DNA from: Candidatus Acidiferrales bacterium | Lineage (GTDB): Bacteria > Acidobacteriota > Terriglobia > Acidiferrales > DATBWB01 | DNA: 64,000 nt | Direction: 5' to 3' | NCBI GenBank assembly: GCA_036514995.1 | Contig: DATBWB010000166.1 | Span: 3,165 to 67,164 of the forward strand | In this document: positions 1-11,132 of the stretch, in pieces | Layout of the letters: every line of letters begins with the position of its first letter | Numbering within the stretch: position 1 is the stretch's first letter | The notes under the pieces: model-generated | The model's database searches: none | Told to the model about the DNA's origin: nothing | What the model saw: only the letters and a program-made list of their open reading frames with translations | Program-made: the position numbers and the translations under genes

Positions 1-1
1 G

Positions 2-961
2 GCGCTGGAAGGAGGGGTGGGAGGTATCGCGTTTGGCTCCGGGATGGCAGCCATCAACGCAGTGTTTTCACTTCTGAAGGCGGGAGACCACATCATCGTT
101 TCATTTCCGGTGTACGGGGGCGTTTATCGGCTGCTGCGTCAAGTCCTTTGCAGGTTTGGACTTGAAGCCGATTTTGTGGATACATCCTCCATGGAAGCGA
201 TCCGCAAGGCGGCACGACCTCAAACGCAAATGCTTTATGTGGAAACGCCGACGAATCCGGTGATGACGCTGACCGACCTTGAGGCATCGAGCGAAATCGC
301 CAAACAAAACGGCTGGATGCTGGTAGTTGACAATACATTTATGAGTCCTTACCTCCAGCGGCCCTTTGAGTTCGGGGCCGAGCTCATCGTGCATTCCACA
401 ACAAAGTTTTTAAACGGACACAGTGACAGCGTGGGAGGGGCGGTGATTGCGAACTCGGCCGAACTCGTCGAGCGGCTCCGCTTTTTGCAGAACGCGGCGG
501 GGGCGATCCTCTCGCCCTTCGATGCGTGGCTAGTCCTGCGCGGCGTAAAAACGCTTGCCCTCCGGATGGACCAGCACAACAAGAACGGAATGGCGGTGGC
601 TGACCACCTGATCAAACACCCGAAGGTGAAGAAGGTGAACTACCCCGGTCTGGCCTCCCATCCCCAACATCGACTTGCCAGGAGGCAGATGAAAGGTTTC
701 GGGGCAATGATCTCCTTTGACCTTGGGTCCCTGGAGGCAGCGCGACAGGTTCTCAACCACGTCCGGCTGTGTTCGCTGGCAGAGAGTCTCGGTGGGGTAG
801 AAACGCTCATCAGCCACCCAGCAACCATGACGCATGCCTCGATGCCGGCAGAAGATCGCCAGCGGATCGGTATAACGGACGGGCTGGTTCGGATCTCGGT
901 AGGAATTGAGGACGTTGAGGATATCATTGCCGACCTGGACCAAGCTCTAAAGTATGTTTAG
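2..961 (+). CDS. Cys/Met-metabolism PLP-dependent enzyme (cystathionine gamma-synthase / beta-lyase family), 5' end cut by window edge
   Basis: The frame of ORF 17..961 stays open to base 2 (ALEGGVGGIAFGSGMAAI). It has the PLP-lysine motif STTKFLNGHSD and a family-typical C-terminus LVRISVGIEDVEDIIADL. Confidence 0.85.
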   Translation, partial: ALEGGVGGIAFGSGMAAINAVFSLLKAGDHIIVSFPVYGGVYRLLRQVLCRFGLEADFVDTSSMEAIRKAARPQTQMLYVETPTNPVMTLTDLEASSEIAKQNGWMLVVDNTFMSPYLQRPFEFGAELIVHSTTKFLNGHSDSVGGAVIANSAELVERLRFLQNAAGAILSPFDAWLVLRGVKTLALRMDQHNKNGMAVADHLIKHPKVKKVNYPGLASHPQHRLARRQMKGFGAMISFDLGSLEAARQVLNHVRLCSLAESLGGVETLISHPATMTHASMPAEDRQRIGITDGLVRISVGIEDVEDIIADLDQALKYV

Positions 962-1032
962 GGACTGGCCTCAAGCGAGCTGCCACAGGTCACGTAAACG
1001 ACACCTTTATCCGTCATGAGTCCTCCCCAAGA

Positions 1033-1061
1033 TTGCCAGCCCTTTCGCGCCCGCATAGAAT
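1033..1061 (+). promoter_or_regulatory. putative sigma70-type promoter of pgm/pmm gene (TTGCCA-17-TAGAAT)
   Basis: TTGCCA lies at 1033-1038, followed by a 17-nt spacer and TAGAAT at 1056-1061. The ATG at 1070 is only 8 nt downstream and has no SD. Confidence 0.4.
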
Positions 1062-1069
1062 AGCGCGAG

Positions 1070-2473
1070 ATGTCGGCTTCGGCGATCCACTTCGGTACCT
1101 CAGGCTGGCGCGGAATCATCGCCGATGACTTTACGTTTTCGCAGGTTCGCCGGGCCGTGGCCGCCATCGCAAAATTCCTGAAAATAGAGAAAAGCGAGTC
1201 CCGTGGCGTTGTGGTCGGCCATGACACGCGCTTTTTCTCGGAGGAGTTTGCGAGAGAGGCCGGGAGGGTCCTGCAAAGCCATTCAATTCCCTCCTATCGC
1301 TGCGCCTCGGCTGCGCCGACGCCAGCGATTGCTTTTGAGATTGTTCGACGGGCAGCCGCGGGAGGGATAAATTTCACGGCAAGCCACAATCCTGCCGCTT
1401 ACAACGGATTAAAATTTTCAGGCGCCAATGGGGCCCCGGCGTTGCCAGAGGTAACGCGGGAGATTGAGAAAATCGCAGCAGCGATCACGGAAGAGGATTC
1501 TTATGGGCGGGGCGCGGCCATTTCAGAAAGCATGGAGGTGCGAGACGGCTACCTGGACGACCTGGCGACGAAAATCGATTTACGTGCCATTGCTGCGGCC
1601 AATTTACACTTTGTTTTCGATCCACTTTTTGGATGCGGCTCGGGCTATCTTGATCATTTGCTGAAACAACACGGAGTCAAGGTGGAGACTGTCCATGCCC
1701 AGCGGGACACCCTGTTTGGGGGGCATACGCCGGATCCCTCTGAGGAACGCCTGGCGGAGACGGGAGCGAGAGTGGCGGCGAGCGGCGCTGCACTCGGGCT
1801 GGCAACCGACGGTGATGCGGACAGATTTGGTATTCTCGACCGTGACGGACATTTCGTCTCACCCAATCACCTGATCGGGTTGCTGGCTGATTATCTCCAC
1901 GAGACACGCGGCTGGCGGGAGGGATTGGCGCGGAGCGTCGCTACGACCCATCTGGTGGACGCGGTGGGGCAGCACCACGGATTGCCCGTCTATGAAACCG
2001 CGGTGGGGTTCAAGTACATGGGGGAACTCCTGATGTCCGGAAAGATCTTTCTTGGCGGAGAGGAGAGCGCAGGGCTGACGATTCGCGGGCACGTGCCAGA
2101 AAAGGACGGAATCCTGGCATGCTTGCTGGCGGCTGAGATGGTTGCCAAAAGAGGCGCGTCGCTCGGCGAGCAACTCGATTCCCTTTTCCGCAAGGTGGGA
2201 TCGTACTATCCGCGAAGAATCAACTTGCCGCTAACTGCGAAGATTCAGGATAGGCTCAAGGAGGACTTGAAGCGCGATTTTGCCACCTTGGGGGGAAGAA
2301 AGGTTGCCAGAGCGGACCGAACCGACGGCCTCAAACTCCTTTTTGAAGACGACACCTGGATTCTGCTGCGTGTATCAGGGACGGAGCCGGTGTGCCGAAT
2401 CTATTGCGAGGGTCACAGTCAAGCTGAGAGCGATGCCCTGACGGAGATCGCAAAAACATTTGTCACCGGATAG
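1070..2473 (+). CDS. phosphoglucomutase/phosphomannomutase family protein
   Basis: Active-site serine loop TASHNPAAYNGLK, metal loop ATDGDADRFG, sugar-binding GGEESAG. Confidence 0.9.
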   Translation: MSASAIHFGTSGWRGIIADDFTFSQVRRAVAAIAKFLKIEKSESRGVVVGHDTRFFSEEFAREAGRVLQSHSIPSYRCASAAPTPAIAFEIVRRAAAGGINFTASHNPAAYNGLKFSGANGAPALPEVTREIEKIAAAITEEDSYGRGAAISESMEVRDGYLDDLATKIDLRAIAAANLHFVFDPLFGCGSGYLDHLLKQHGVKVETVHAQRDTLFGGHTPDPSEERLAETGARVAASGAALGLATDGDADRFGILDRDGHFVSPNHLIGLLADYLHETRGWREGLARSVATTHLVDAVGQHHGLPVYETAVGFKYMGELLMSGKIFLGGEESAGLTIRGHVPEKDGILACLLAAEMVAKRGASLGEQLDSLFRKVGSYYPRRINLPLTAKIQDRLKEDLKRDFATLGGRKVARADRTDGLKLLFEDDTWILLRVSGTEPVCRIYCEGHSQAESDALTEIAKTFVTG

Positions 2474-2478
2474 ACAAG

Positions 2479-2823
2479 ATGGCCGAGCGAAAAAAGGTTC
2501 CGCAGTGGGTTGTTTGGCTGCTGGCGCTGTCACTGCTGGCCCTAGTAGCGCACGATCTGTTTGGCGAACATGGCTACCTCGCCATGCGGCGCAGTCGCCA
2601 AGAGTTAGAGGAACGCCGGCAAGAACTGCAAACGCTGATCGAGCAGAACAAGAAGCTGGCGGAAGAGGTGAAAGCCCTGAAAAGCGATCCGAGGATGATC
2701 GAGAAAGTAGCTCGAGAGCAACTGAAACTCGCGCGCCCGGGCGAAGTCATCTACACCCTGCCAGAATCGCCGAAGCCTGGCGTCGCACCGGAAACCCAGG
2801 GGCCGAAGAAAAGGAGTCCGTAA
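2479..2823 (+). CDS. ftsB: septum formation initiator (FtsB/DivIC family)
   Basis: 114 aa with an N-terminal TM helix, then a coiled coil (LQTLIEQNKKLAEEVKALKSDPRMIEKVAREQL) and the ARPGEVIY ending typical of FtsB. Confidence 0.75.
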   Translation: MAERKKVPQWVVWLLALSLLALVAHDLFGEHGYLAMRRSRQELEERRQELQTLIEQNKKLAEEVKALKSDPRMIEKVAREQLKLARPGEVIYTLPESPKPGVAPETQGPKKRSP

Positions 2824-2857
2824 GGGCGGAGGGTGCGAACGCCTACTGGCCCCGATG

Positions 2858-4135
2858 CTATCGGGGCTGGCCTGCCGCCGTCTCTCGCACAAAACGACTT
2901 CGAAACCAACCGAGGACTTCCGCGCCGCGACCCTTTAACCGCGTACGACCCAGCGACAGAGCCAACATCGCCAGGAAGACGACACCAAGACCGAGGGTAG
3001 CAAGGAGGAGGGAGCTGCCGCGCTTAGGAAGGATAGAGAAGCGGCCGTAAACAAACTCGATGTGGACCCAATAGACGAGCAGCGAGGTGTTCCCAAGCTG
3101 GATGATGGGGCTGAAACCTCGCCCGCCAAGCCAGCGCCACCAGAGATAGCTGGCAAGCAGGATGCAGAGCATCACGGCAACTCGGAGGGCAAAAAAGTTG
3201 GGGCTGGTGTGCCAGAAATCATAGGTGGAGTAGAGTTGAAAGTTCATGTGATCCAACGCATAAGCGAAAAACCCGAGGAGGATACCCATTCCGGCGAGGC
3301 GCGCGACCACGGTGAAAGGCTGCTCTCTCCCCATGGGGGAAAAGATCTGATAGCCGACGGCAAGACCGACGAAGGCAAATGCCACCCAGGGAAAAATGGG
3401 AAAGAGCCAGGGACGAGCGAGGCCGTTCACGTAGCTTTCAACAGGCCAAGGGAGCCAGGAGGGGCGAAAAGTGGTCCAAAGCGGCGGCGTGAGCATGGCA
3501 ACTGCCAGGGCAACTCCCATAGCCGCCACGGCTGCAGGGCGGCGATTCGTGATCACGCGATGGAGAAGGCCGAGTAGCATGAGGGATATCCCGATGATAT
3601 TGAGGATGTCAACCCGGAAAAGATCCGTCCAGGGCGCTGCCGGGAGGCCAAGCAAATACTCCTGGAGGCGAAAGCCCCAACCCAGTAAATAGATCTGAAA
3701 ACCACGTTTGAGGCTGGCGCGAGCAATCGAGCCCGGGTCCATTCCCTTCTGCCGCAACCGCTCGGTGACAAGCGCCTGGGAAACACCTGTCAGAAAGAGG
3801 AATAGAGGGGCGGGCAAGGTTCCAAGCAGTTGCGAGAAGCGGTAGAAAGTGGATTGGCGAAGATTCTCAGCCAGCCAGGAATCGTAGCAATGAGTTTGAA
3901 ACATGAGGAGACAAGCCAAGCCACGCATCCAGTCAATATAAGCAACGCGGCTCAGAGGTTTTGGGCGGGCAACCGGATTCACGGTGTTGCCAAAAATTTG
4001 CTCAAGCGGTAGGGTATCCCGAACGTCGAGCGAAAGGATAACACCACTTCTGGCAATCACAATGGCCGAGGAAAGAATTCTTCCCGCGTGGCCCATATTT
4101 GTGGTCATCGGGGTGGCGGTAGCGGCAGTGGCCAC
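2858..4135 (-). CDS. polytopic membrane protein, DUF1624 / acyltransferase-like
   Basis: Family-typical N-terminal block RVAYIDWMRGLACLLMFQTHC and about 10 predicted TM helices. The start is uncertain: the first ATG overlaps the divergent CPBP gene, and the true start may be internal. Confidence 0.6.
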   Translation of the reverse strand: MATAATATPMTTNMGHAGRILSSAIVIARSGVILSLDVRDTLPLEQIFGNTVNPVARPKPLSRVAYIDWMRGLACLLMFQTHCYDSWLAENLRQSTFYRFSQLLGTLPAPLFLFLTGVSQALVTERLRQKGMDPGSIARASLKRGFQIYLLGWGFRLQEYLLGLPAAPWTDLFRVDILNIIGISLMLLGLLHRVITNRRPAAVAAMGVALAVAMLTPPLWTTFRPSWLPWPVESYVNGLARPWLFPIFPWVAFAFVGLAVGYQIFSPMGREQPFTVVARLAGMGILLGFFAYALDHMNFQLYSTYDFWHTSPNFFALRVAVMLCILLASYLWWRWLGGRGFSPIIQLGNTSLLVYWVHIEFVYGRFSILPKRGSSLLLATLGLGVVFLAMLALSLGRTRLKGRGAEVLGWFRSRFVRETAAGQPR

Positions 4136-5039
4136 GCTGGGACTGGAGCGAGGCTACACCGGCGCGCCGGCGGCAGTGACACTGGTTTTCCTGGCGGCCC
4201 TCTCCGCCGGTTACCTGCTACCAGCGACTCGCGGCTTTGGAGGAATCGGCGGTCCGGGCTTTTCGGCGGCTTTTGCATTCTCGTGGGCCGGAGCGATTTT
4301 TGTACTCTACTTGAGCTATGCAGCCGTCACTCGAACGTTTGGGCTGTGGCCCACGGCCAAAGTTGCCCTGTATGTGGCACTTCCCTGCGCGCTCCTGTGG
4401 CGACGCCCGAGCACGAGGCCGGGATGGCAGGAATATCTGGCTGTGTTGAGCTTGTGGCTCCCGCTGCAATTCAAGTGGATGAGCGATGCGTGGGCCTGGC
4501 CCACCTGGCGCCTGGCGCAGCCACTTGGGCAAATTTTTGCCGCGAATGTAGGGATCATTTGTTTTTTGGTTCTGCGGCGACTCGAGGGGGTGGGATACCG
4601 GTTCCATTGGCCGAAGGGCAGCAGCCACCGGGTGGCCTGGAACCTCGTTGTCCTTATGGCGCTGCTGGTACCACTTGGCACGGCATTACACTTTGTTCGC
4701 TTTGGGACGAGCGCGAAGGAATTGATTGCCATGCCGCTCGTTCTTCTGGGGCTGTTTGTCTTCACAGCGTGGACGGAAGAATTCTTGTTCCGCGGAATCA
4801 TTCAAAATGTTCTGCGGCGCTCACTAGGAAGCGATTGGGGAGCGCTCGCCATAGCCTCGGTGTGCTTCGGCCTCGCCCATCTGAATAGCGGTCACCGGTG
4901 GAATTGGCAGTTTGCGTTGATGGCGGGCGTTGCCGGTGTCTTCTACGGTTGGACCTGGATGGCAACGAAGAGCCTTGCGCCGGCAGCGGCGTTACACGCC
5001 GCGGTGGATGTTATCTGGAAGACGTTTCTTCAAGGGTAG
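4062..5039 (+). CDS. CPBP-family intramembrane glutamic endopeptidase (CAAX protease-like)
   Basis: Motifs EEFLFRG, FGLAHL and HAAVD in a polytopic membrane protein. The start was moved to MAEERILPAW (ATG 4062) inside ORF 3984..5039. Confidence 0.8.
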   Translation: MAEERILPAWPIFVVIGVAVAAVATLGLERGYTGAPAAVTLVFLAALSAGYLLPATRGFGGIGGPGFSAAFAFSWAGAIFVLYLSYAAVTRTFGLWPTAKVALYVALPCALLWRRPSTRPGWQEYLAVLSLWLPLQFKWMSDAWAWPTWRLAQPLGQIFAANVGIICFLVLRRLEGVGYRFHWPKGSSHRVAWNLVVLMALLVPLGTALHFVRFGTSAKELIAMPLVLLGLFVFTAWTEEFLFRGIIQNVLRRSLGSDWGALAIASVCFGLAHLNSGHRWNWQFALMAGVAGVFYGWTWMATKSLAPAAALHAAVDVIWKTFLQG

Positions 5040-5045
5040 CCATCC

Positions 5046-5825
5046 TTAACGGACAACGCCTTCGAGTGGAGTAGAGGCAGTGGCGTAGAGTTTTCTGGGA
5101 ATGCGACCCGCCAAATAAGCCTGGCGGCCGGCCATCACGGCGTACTTCATGGCCTCGGCCATGAGGACTGCGTCCTGTGCCCCGGCGATGCCGGTGTTCA
5201 TCAACACGCCATCGGCACCGAGTTCCATGGCGATGGTTGCGTCAGAGGCCGTACCGACGCCGGCATCGACGATGAGAGGCACCGAAGTGATCATTTGCCG
5301 GAGGATGCGGAAATTGCTGACGTTTTGAATGCCCATGCCTGACCCAATGGGCGCGCCAAGCGGCATTACTGCAGCAGCGCCCGCATCCACCAGTTTGCGA
5401 GCGGCAATGAGATCGTCATTCGTATAGGGCAGGACGATGAAACCATCGCGGACGAGCACCCTGGTGGCCTCAACGAGCTGCTCGTTATCGGGGAAGAGCG
5501 TCTTTTCATCGCCAATGACTTCCAGCTTGATCCAGTTGGAAAGACCGACCTCACGAGCCAAACGAGCGGCGCGGATTGCCTCGTCGGCGCTGTAGCAGCC
5601 AGCGGTGTTCGGGAGAACGAAATACTTCTTGGGATCCACGTAGTCGAGCAAAGATTCCTTGGTACGGTCGGTGAGGTTCACCCGCCGAACGGCCACGGTG
5701 ACAATTTGGGAGCCAGATGCCTCCAAAGCCCTGGCCATTTCCGGGAGGCTGCGATATTTGCCTGTTCCGACAATCAGCCGGGACTGGAAACTCCGTCCGG
5801 CAATTACGAGAGAATCATCCTGCAT
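5046..5825 (-). CDS. thiG: thiazole synthase
   Basis: [34 protein letters not shown] and [10 protein letters not shown] are canonical ThiG blocks. Confidence 0.95.
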   Translation of the reverse strand: MQDDSLVIAGRSFQSRLIVGTGKYRSLPEMARALEASGSQIVTVAVRRVNLTDRTKESLLDYVDPKKYFVLPNTAGCYSADEAIRAARLAREVGLSNWIKLEVIGDEKTLFPDNEQLVEATRVLVRDGFIVLPYTNDDLIAARKLVDAGAAAVMPLGAPIGSGMGIQNVSNFRILRQMITSVPLIVDAGVGTASDATIAMELGADGVLMNTGIAGAQDAVLMAEAMKYAVMAGRQAYLAGRIPRKLYATASTPLEGVVR

Positions 5826-5847
5826 GTGAATTCTTACTCCCGCTCAA

Positions 5848-5876
5848 ATTCTAGCGGGGCGATTCCCAAAAGGCAA
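5848..5876 (-). promoter_or_regulatory. putative promoter of thiG (TTGCCT-17-TAGAAT on minus strand)
   Basis: The reverse complement of 5871-5876 is TTGCCT and that of 5848-5853 is TAGAAT, with a 17-nt spacer. A 22-nt leader with a GGGAG SD precedes ATG 5825. Confidence 0.4.
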
Positions 5877-5916
5877 ACGTGCGCCCGAAGACGCCAGCCG
5901 CCGGGCACTCGAAAGC

Positions 5917-5943
5917 CAAAACCCCGCCTCTGAAGAGGCGGGC
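5917..5943 (-). terminator. rho-independent terminator after acyl-CoA synthetase gene
   Basis: The minus strand reads CCCGCCTC-TTCA-GAGGCGGG followed by GTTTTGG. It lies 60 nt after the stop at 6005. Confidence 0.6.
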
Positions 5944-6004
5944 TACAAAACGTCCCCCATGGCGTCAGTTGGCGGGACCAAAAACTCGGGTTATGCAACA
6001 GCCT

Positions 6005-7807
6005 CTAGGCAGAAGGATAAAGGGCTTCGGCCTCGGCGTACATCTGGTCAATCAGGGCCGCAAAACGTTGTTCCACGACGCGGCGGCGGATCTTCATGGT
6101 ATAGGTCAATTCCCCGCTCTCGTAAGTCAATTCCTGGTCAAGCAGGCGGAATTGCTTGATCTTTTCATGCTGTGAAAGGTCCTGGCTCAAAGCCTCAATT
6201 TGCTCCTCGTAGAGGCGATGGACGGCAGGGTGGCGGAGAAGCGCTGCCCGATCAGAGGAATCCAAGGAGTTTTGCCGGGCGAACTCTTCCAGACTCCGGA
6301 AATCAGGGACGATGAGCGCCGCAACAAATTTTCTCCGATCGCCGAGAATCACTGCATCCTGGATATAGGGGTTAGTCTTCAACTTGTTTTCGATGAGCTG
6401 GGGCGCGACGTATTTGCCGCCAGCGGTCTTGATGAGATCCTTTTTGCGGTCGGTGATGACGAGATAACCGTCGGGATCCAGATAGCCCAGATCGCCGGTG
6501 CGCAGCCAATCATCGTGCATCGTGGCCCGGGTTGCCTCAGGATCGCGATAGTAGCCAAGCATGGTGTTCGGCCCACGGGAAAGGATTTCGCCGTCCTCGG
6601 CTATTTTCACCTCAACGCCGGGAATGATTTTGCCAACTGTCCCGATGCGATTCTGGCCGGGAAAGTTGTTCGAGATAACGGGCGAGGCTTCGGTGAGGCC
6701 ATAGCCCTGGTAGATTTCGATGCCGACGGAAAGGAAGAACTCAATGAGCGCAGCAGCCAGGGGCGCGCCTCCGGAGATGAAAAAGCGCATACGCCCACCC
6801 AGCCCTTTCCGGAGCCGGGAGAAGACAAGCAGGTCAGCAATGTCCCACGCGGCCTGAAGCCAGGGCGGCAGGGGCTTTGTTGCGACGCGGTACGGCAAGC
6901 TCCGCCGGGCGATTTCCATGCTCCAACGAAACCGTTTCCGGGCGTGCCAGGGAGCGGTCCGGACAGCATCCATGACGCGGGCGTAGAATTTCTCGAAAAA
7001 TCGGGGCACAGCGGCAGCCACTGTCGGCCGAACCTCGAGGAGGTACTGGGGCACGAGTTCAAACTTTTCGGCATAGGCGATGCTGACGCCTCGATGGAAA
7101 TAACAGTAGTCCACGATGCGACCGTAGATGTGGCAGAGAGGCAAGAAGGAGAGCCCGATATCATGTTCGCCAAACGGGAAGCCGTTCATCGAACAAAGAG
7201 CGTTGGAACTCACATTCGAGTGACTCAACATCACGCCCTTGGGGACGCCGGTGGTACCCGAAGTGTAAATGATGGTCGCCAGGGAGTCCGGCGAAACGGC
7301 GCTGGCCCGCTCGCAGAAATCGGAAACTTCCGATGGGTTCGCGATGGCATGCAGGGCAGCCTCCCCGAGCAAGCGATTCGTTTGAGGGAGATTGCGGTCA
7401 ACCGCGACGATCGCCTCAACTGATTCCAGGCCATCTGCCGCCCGCAAAAGATTCTGGAGTTCTGCTTCGCCCGCAACCAGCGCGACCCGGCTGCCGGAAT
7501 GTTCCAGCATGTAACGGATGCGCTCCGGGGACTCCTTGTAGTAGAGAGGCACATGGACGGCCCCGAGGCCGAGGATGGCCAGGTCCACAATGTGCCATTC
7601 AGGCCGATTGGCACTCAGAAATGCAACCCGGTCTCCCGGGTGAATGCCGAGGCTCCGCAGCCGGTCGGCACAGGCTGCGACACGATTGAGCATTTCGTCC
7701 GCGGAAATGGGGATCCACTGAGTCTCGCCCCGGTAGAGGAGCGTATCGGGCTTGTGATGGCGGGCAAGCGCGTCAAGAAAAAGCTGGCATAGGCTCGGAT
7801 AGCTCAT
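6005..7807 (-). CDS. long-chain fatty acid--CoA ligase (AMP-forming)
   Basis: AMP-binding signature IIYTSGTTGVPKGV, plus GYGLTE and TGDLGYLDPDGYLVITDRKKDLIK. The start was set at MSYPSLCQ (ATG 7807); the ORF extends to 7870. Confidence 0.9.
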   Translation of the reverse strand: MSYPSLCQLFLDALARHHKPDTLLYRGETQWIPISADEMLNRVAACADRLRSLGIHPGDRVAFLSANRPEWHIVDLAILGLGAVHVPLYYKESPERIRYMLEHSGSRVALVAGEAELQNLLRAADGLESVEAIVAVDRNLPQTNRLLGEAALHAIANPSEVSDFCERASAVSPDSLATIIYTSGTTGVPKGVMLSHSNVSSNALCSMNGFPFGEHDIGLSFLPLCHIYGRIVDYCYFHRGVSIAYAEKFELVPQYLLEVRPTVAAAVPRFFEKFYARVMDAVRTAPWHARKRFRWSMEIARRSLPYRVATKPLPPWLQAAWDIADLLVFSRLRKGLGGRMRFFISGGAPLAAALIEFFLSVGIEIYQGYGLTEASPVISNNFPGQNRIGTVGKIIPGVEVKIAEDGEILSRGPNTMLGYYRDPEATRATMHDDWLRTGDLGYLDPDGYLVITDRKKDLIKTAGGKYVAPQLIENKLKTNPYIQDAVILGDRRKFVAALIVPDFRSLEEFARQNSLDSSDRAALLRHPAVHRLYEEQIEALSQDLSQHEKIKQFRLLDQELTYESGELTYTMKIRRRVVEQRFAALIDQMYAEAEALYPSA

Positions 7808-7925
7808 GCTAATTGGGGCCAGACAACCAGTGAATCTATCGTAAGCCGGGAGGTTTGTAAACGACAGCAAAGGCGCTGACAGAGCAAGCTGGCTGAGTTA
7901 AGATGAGGGAAGAGAGGATAAGGCC

Positions 7926-9614
<1,689 letters not shown>

Positions 9615-9626
9615 TGTGGAGGGGAC

Positions 9627-9791
9627 TTAGCTTTTCTTGGAGGTCACAGCGAAGAAGGCCGCCGGCTTTTGCTCCAGCTTTGGGCTCTTGCACTTGGGGC
9701 ACTTAACTTTGCCCTGTTCGTATTCGCGCAAGGTGATAATGAGCGAAAAGTCCTTTTTGCATTTCAGGCAAGTGTATTCGTAGGATGGCAT
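9627..9791 (-). CDS. FmdB-family zinc-ribbon protein
   Basis: 54 aa beginning MPSYEYTCLKCKKDF, with CPKCKS further on (a CxxC...CxxC pattern and the typical FmdB N-terminus). It lies antisense between hutU and hutI. Confidence 0.75.
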   Translation of the reverse strand: MPSYEYTCLKCKKDFSLIITLREYEQGKVKCPKCKSPKLEQKPAAFFAVTSKKS

Positions 9792-9860
9792 GAGCGAACC
9801 TCCTGGCGTAAGCCCGAGAAGAATTCTAATCCAGCGCTTCGATGGCGTCAATCCTTCCCG

Positions 9861-11120
9861 ATGAGCCACTTCCTCCTGGTCCGGAACGCCAACCAGTTGC
9901 TAAGCCTGCGAGGTGAGGGGCTTCGGCGGGGCCAGGCGATGTCCGACCTAGGAATGATTCGCGGTGGGGCAGTGCTGATCAGAAACGAGAAGATCGTGGC
10001 GGTGGGGCCAGCGACCCGAATCGAAAGATTGCCGGAGGCTCGACGAGCACAGGAGATTGATGCGAAGCAGGGCGTGGTATTGCCCGGCTTTGTGGATAGC
10101 CATACGCACCTGGTCTTCCCGGCCAGCCGGACAAATGAGTACGAAATGAGGATTCACGGCGCGTCTTATGAAGAAATCGCACGGGCAGGAGGAGGAATCC
10201 TGGCGAGCGCGCGGAAACTGCGGCGGTTACCCGCGGCAAGGTTGGCGGAAAGGGCGCGCCGGTGGTTGCGAGAATTCGCCGCACATGGAACGACAACGGT
10301 AGAGGTGAAGAGCGGCTACGGGCTGGACCTCAAGAGTGAGATCAAGATGCTAGAGGTTGTGCGGCAGCTAAACGAGGAAGGGCCGCTTGAGCTGGTGGCG
10401 ACCTTCCTGGGTGCCCACGCGGTACCGGCAGAATACCGGCGCAAGCCGGAACGTTACGTGGAAATGGTCATTCAGCAAATGATTCCGGCGGTCGCGGCAA
10501 GAAGCTTGGCCGAGTTTTGCGACGTGTTTTGTGACCGAGGAGGTTTTACGCTCAAACAAGCACGAGCCATTCTGAAGGCAGGCCGGGTGTGCGGACTCGA
10601 ACCCCGGCTCCATGCAGAGCAACTGACGAGGACCGGGGCCTGCCAGCTAGGGGTTGAACTGCGCGCCGCCAGCGTGGACCATCTGGAAAAGATTGGGAGA
10701 AGGGATACGCGGAACCTGGGAAAGTCGGATACCGTTGCCACCCTGCTACCCGGAGCCACCTTTCATCTGGGACGGTCGGACTATGCGCCGGGGCGAGAAT
10801 TGATTGATGGCGGCGCGGCTGTCGCTCTGGCAAGCGACTTCAATCCAGGGACAAGCCCGACGTACAACATGGGAATGATTCTTTCGCTGGCATGTACACA
10901 GATGGGCATGACCCCCGGCGAAGCGATTGTTGCGGCCACGGTCAATGCGGCATACTCTTTGCGCCGGGCAGACCGGGTGGGTTCGCTCGAGCCGGGCAAG
11001 CAAGCTGATGTGGCTATTATGAAGGTTCCGGACTATCGGGAGATGGCGTACTATTTCGGCGCGAACCACTGCGCGATGACGATCAAGCGTGGAAGAATAA
11101 TCTACCGCTGCGCCTCTTGA
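9861..11120 (+). CDS. hutI: imidazolonepropionase
   Basis: VVLPGFVDSHTHLVF, KSGYGL, GAHAVP and ALASDFNPGTSP blocks. The start was trimmed to ATG 9861 (MSHFLLVRNANQLL). Confidence 0.95.
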   Translation: MSHFLLVRNANQLLSLRGEGLRRGQAMSDLGMIRGGAVLIRNEKIVAVGPATRIERLPEARRAQEIDAKQGVVLPGFVDSHTHLVFPASRTNEYEMRIHGASYEEIARAGGGILASARKLRRLPAARLAERARRWLREFAAHGTTTVEVKSGYGLDLKSEIKMLEVVRQLNEEGPLELVATFLGAHAVPAEYRRKPERYVEMVIQQMIPAVAARSLAEFCDVFCDRGGFTLKQARAILKAGRVCGLEPRLHAEQLTRTGACQLGVELRAASVDHLEKIGRRDTRNLGKSDTVATLLPGATFHLGRSDYAPGRELIDGGAAVALASDFNPGTSPTYNMGMILSLACTQMGMTPGEAIVAATVNAAYSLRRADRVGSLEPGKQADVAIMKVPDYREMAYYFGANHCAMTIKRGRIIYRCAS

Positions 11121-11132
11121 TAAGGAGCCAAG

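Noticed and set aside
2849-2867. A hairpin GCCCCGAT-GCT-ATCGGGGC at the convergent ftsB / DUF1624 junction, considered as a bidirectional terminator.
   Set aside because: It overlaps the minus-strand stop codon and has no U-tract on either side. Support is too weak to list it as a feature.
5826-6004. A TPP riboswitch upstream of thiG (also looked for upstream of thiS at 45399-45408).
   Set aside because: No CUGAGA / ACCUGAUCUGGAUAAUGCCAGCG-like core is present. The region is explained by a terminator for the upstream gene plus a TTGCCT-17-TAGAAT promoter, and thiS has only a 10-nt spacer.
6200-7423. Long antisense or alternative-frame ORFs inside well-supported genes. Examples: 6200..7423 (+), 8049..8855 (-), 13045..13779 (-), 19216..20064 (+), 30250..31047 (-), 50274..51209 (-), 4088..4888 (+), 2460..3050 (+) and 44529..45449 (+).
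   Set aside because: Each lies fully inside a gene with strong family motifs on the other strand or frame. Their translations are Arg/Pro/Gly-rich and of low complexity, as expected for shadow ORFs in roughly 60% GC DNA.
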